From the NCBI GenBank assembly GCA_003344405.1, contig NOWV01000175.1, positions 124,001-164,653 of the forward strand: a stretch of DNA of 40,653 bases, written 5' to 3'. Of the stretch, positions 36,417-40,653 are shown piece after piece. The translations under genes were made by a program, and so were the position numbers. This DNA is from Trichoplax sp. H2 (Eukaryota). The notes beneath the pieces are model-generated. The model was not told where the DNA came from and made no database searches. It worked only from the letters and a program-made list of their open reading frames with translations. The first letter of the stretch is position 1. Each line of letters opens with the position of its first letter.

Positions 36417-39400
36417 ACTAGGTCATGCACTAGGATTTTATAAGCGTATGTATCGAGTAGATCGCGAGTTCTTCTTGTTCATAGTTTGTTATCAATACAG
36501 TTGCAGTTAGTTTCAGTGTATTAAAGCTTAATTCGACTTTTAAATCCACTTAGTCTGACTTATTGTGGACCCTTAAGAATTGACTTCAATACAAATACAT
36601 TCCTGATGCAAAATTGCCTTATCAATCAAATCAATCCATTTAACATCAAAATCGAACCAGGTTATACACTAATCGATCCTCAATTCTATAAGATAATTTC
36701 AACTGTCAAAAATATTCTAGTACTTGCAACTATTTTCGGTTTAAGTTTTAAAAGAAATTACTTGAGGATATAGAAATATAGTTGCACTGCGGCATGAATT
36801 ATCACTCGATAATCTGCATTAATTTAAAAGGCTGCTTGCTTTTGCGAACATACATACCCACAGACGTACAAAATTCGGACAGTCCAATTTGATGTATACA
36901 AGTCTCGTAATATTCAATGAATTAAAATGATAATTTTTTAGCTATAACGTTAATTGAATGATCTTGCTCATTGAATTTTCCTTATACAATATAATAGAAA
37001 ATTGATTAATTTTACAGTTGAATAATTTATTATGGCTAACAAGTAGTAAAATATTGTCCATAAAGTTCCTTCCCTGTGATTTTATTGATTTTAGTAGTTT
37101 GTGTTGACTGAATAAATCTATTTATCCTTCATTTTACCGACGTATAACGCTAATATTATTAGTACAACGATAATTATTAGACTTAACTTTGTATGGACAA
37201 AAAAATGATAGTCAAAGTATTTGTTATTAATATTACGATCGGCAACTTACTAGCACGATTGTTAATAATATTTTTCCTTATTTAAGATATGACGTAGAAG
37301 ATTTATCCTTCAAAGTCGTTTTACTATCTTATTACAATTCTAATCAGCGAATAATATGACAAGAACTTGAATTTCTTATTAACTTGACATTATTACTCTA
37401 CCCTGCACTGTCAGTACAGATCATATATATAAATAAGTTCTACTGAGAGCTATCTACATCTATCTTTGCAGTGATAATAAACACTTGCACAATTTTACAT
37501 TTTAACTTACAAACCAATCCATTTGAAGTTGTATTTCTCGTACGATGGTATGACTACAAATATTCAAATCTTCGTAGAATTAAGGAAATAACGATCAGAC
37601 TAACATTGATTGTGGCGTAGCTGTTTAGGACGAAAGAGTTTCCTTGTGATTAGTATGATAGATTAAATTATTTAGGACTATGACAAATGGATGATTTTCA
37701 CATTAAAGTCATGGTGAATTACTTTAATGCATGGAATCGTAAGGTCTATATTCTTTACCGCAACCGCTATAGCTTATAGAAAATAATCCTGCTGTCAACA
37801 GTGTAAAATTGGATTCATGCAGCCTTGATAACACACTTTCTAATTTCGTATGCATCAAGACTGTTTCCATCTGACGAATAGAAATGATTTTCGATAGTGC
37901 AATACGAGAAAAGTTGCAGCCATTTATGTAGCACTAATAACTGATTTCACCATTAATCGATTACTCTACTGTCTGTAGCATGCGTTTGTCATCTTCTATA
38001 CTAAACTACACTTAGAGTGCAGATTATATTGTACTAAAGGCTTTAAACATCTCATAACGAAGGAAGAAATGGATAAGAAAATTTTCAGCTAGCAAATTAA
38101 TCCTTCACTCAGCTGTGTACTCCACTGTGGAATCTACTACTATGCAGTACATTGTACTACACTCTGGTTAGGCGGGCAGTTTGTTGAACGTTTGATACTC
38201 CATCTTTGGCCAACACATATTCTCTTGCAATTTCATCATTGCTTGTTGGAATCATTTTCATTTTAATGAGTAGATGGTGCGGTAGTAACAGTGGCAGTCG
38301 TAGTCGATCAGATCTGCAATCGGCATAGCTATCAACGAATAAAATAGATAATGAAGTTTATACTTATCCTAGTTGCAGTTTTATTTATAATTATTGGACT
38401 CAGTGCCAAGAGGAATGGGTCTCCAAGATAATCGACGCAAATGGAAACAGAAAATATCCAATCAATAGGTAAGCTGTAGATTGATGAATACATAAGCAAT
38501 GATGGAGTAGAGATGCGCATTGAATTCCATAGAAAAGTTGATCAACTACCGTGCGCCAGTAATAGTCGAACAATTTATTTCTTATTGCTACTCGTAGTCA
38601 AACTGGTGATAATTATAATGAATTTTTATCCATAGACTACTAGCGGATAGAATTTGGAATCTTAAAAATATCGAAGAAAACAACATTATTGTAGATCGAA
38701 TCATGAATTTTACTTTTCATCTTAAGACGTGATAAAGATGTGAAAATTTTGCTTACAAGAGCAAAATCGGCGAGTAAATTAATTAATTAATCATCTAATG
38801 CAATATTTACATCCATCATCGAATGGATTTGCTCAATCTCGCTCACTTAACCAATGTTGCACTCATTGTAGGTAGTATAGAACGCTGACTACAATTCAAC
38901 GATGCATGGAGTACAAATTGATGAGCATGCAGCATAGTAATTGAAAAGATGACTTAAAACCTGGCCAATATTTCAGAAGGAAAAGAAACGTATGCTCATT
39001 GGCCTGATCCCTACGATTTTCCTAGTTTTTCTTCTTTTGTTTGAGTGGAGATCAGGGCAATGAACAAACGTTTCTTCTCGTTCTAAAACATTGGCCCTTA
39101 AACCTTCACCGGGTAAAGTGGATAGTGATCGCCACATTCACTGTCACATTTTCCCATCTATGAAAATGGCTAAATGGAATAAACATGCAAACCGTGTTAA
39201 TGTAACCCTTTCTGCCATATTGAACCGCAGATACATAGCTAGCTGGCAAAATTTGATGTCATTGTATTATTAACTCTTGCAAAGTACCGATTGAAAATAT
39301 TGAAAGGGTGCTATTGAATCAACCAAGTCTTTGATTACTATATTAATTGCCTGTATGAGTTGGTAACCAATCTACAGAATGAGAAATTGACTGTTTCTAC

Positions 39401-39821
39401 CACAATTCAAGTGTAATAACAAAGTAATGATGGAGTAATAAGTTAAAAGTGTTCTAGAAGAGGAGAATAGAGCATTTTGTAGCCTTTTCAAGTTCAATAA
39501 GAGAAATCTTTAAACAAAAAGTTAGCATGATAGCTTAATCGAAGATTAAAGTAAACTATGACAGAGTTTTAGCCATTGAGGATTAAGGGTCAGTAGAGCT
39601 TCTCCTGTACAAGTCATCATGTGATGGATCTGGATAAATGAGATCAGTGTTGTATCCTGTCTGTCCTCGTGCGCATATACTGGGTGTATACTAACATTGA
39701 GTGGAAAATAGAGCAGCAGAGTGGATGCTTCTTGTCATCCCAGTCAAATTCAAGCAATCAATATACTGCAGATTTTGTATTGATTTGTGTCTAAAACGAA
39801 GCAAATGATCTGTCTTTCGAG

Positions 39822-39995
39822 GTATCCAATGAATTTATGAGCGTAAACTAGGTCTGTTTCATCCCACAATTTGAAAAATAAAGATTGTGCCTGTAGAGTG
39901 CAAAGAGAAATAGGTGAGAAACTAAGTATCTAATGAATTTATGAACGTAAACTAGATCTGTTTAATCCTACAATTGATTAATAAAAACAGATTGA
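39822..39995. repeat. Two-copy ~104-bp direct repeat
   Basis: GTATC(C/T)AATGAATTTATGA.CGTAAACTAG.TCTGTTT at 39822 and 39926. Confidence 0.8.
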
Positions 39996-40653
39996 TTTAT
40001 ATGTAGAAAGAAATGGACTCTATGGCTGGTTATTGTACGCATATATGATTGCTATTGCTGCAATAGATATGAGGAAAAGTGTGTATTAGGTCGATCTAGT
40101 GTGTATGTCTATGAAATATTAAACTTATAGACAATTGCAAAGGGCGTAATTAGTGAAAGTTAAATGTTGAAAGAACGATTACTTGGTAATCTTATTTATA
40201 CTGACGCGATGAAGATGAAACTCTTTACTTGATGACGTGGTTGTACAACTGGGAGCAGTTGCATTTATTCAAACCAGTTGAACTAATGAATGTCAACACC
40301 AATATCTACCAATTCATTATTATATTGTAGCTATGTCGTAACGTCAAAGTTACCAAGGTGGTTGATACCTTATAGTATATCGGGAATTCTCTCTTTACTT
40401 TCACAGACTTCTTTTCCTTAAACAGTCCCCGATTACACAGCTTAATTGACTAGGGCATCAGCTTTGCAAGAATAGTACTGTAGATATGGTGTATGATTTT
40501 ACTCACACACAAGTTACTGTATCTACTACAAAAGTAACTTATTACTTTAATCAGATATACTGTACGTGTGTGTAAAACTCAAGTACTACTGTGATGCACT
40601 ATCTAATTTTATTTTCAAGTATTGCAGTAAAACGGAAGATTGATCCATGTAGG

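Noticed and set aside
36033-36510. Two mirror ORFs MKRYIYFFALARR...
   Set aside because: They are the two arms of the palindrome, start at TTG and are low complexity.
37724-37935. Minus frame ending ...SNFTLLTAGLFSISY, reminiscent of a gustatory-receptor-like C-terminus
   Set aside because: No TYxxxxxQF exon or upstream transmembrane exons were found; the resemblance is too short.

Overview
AT-rich, intron-containing animal genomic DNA with compact genes and short GT-AG introns. The style suggests an early-branching metazoan such as a placozoan, but that is inference only. Most entries in the ORF track are spurious; the real genes had to be assembled by hand from exons. In order: MSL2-like RING E3 (minus, runs off the left edge), BIVM (plus, 6 exons), a decayed CMC4 exon, a BIVM pseudogene, an intact 2-exon CMC4/p8-MTCP1 gene (minus), Deltex (plus, 7 exons, WWE-WWE-RING-H2-DTC), FBXL2/FBXL20 (minus, at least 15 exons, CaaX end) and a disrupted MAM-domain gene with a GPI-like tail (plus). 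Mobile DNA: two Helitron-like 3' ends, an internally deleted Gmr1-like gypsy LTR element with a 5-bp TSD, and a 326-bp near-perfect hairpin with AG...CT ends and a 6-bp TSD (Polinton/Maverick-like mini-element). Each head-to-head intergenic region holds its own ~80-113-bp tandem array followed by a CAGTA/TACTG pentamer-rich tract. There is one 20-N assembly gap. No rRNA, tRNA or CRISPR was seen, and I recognised no intact gene after ~31 kb.
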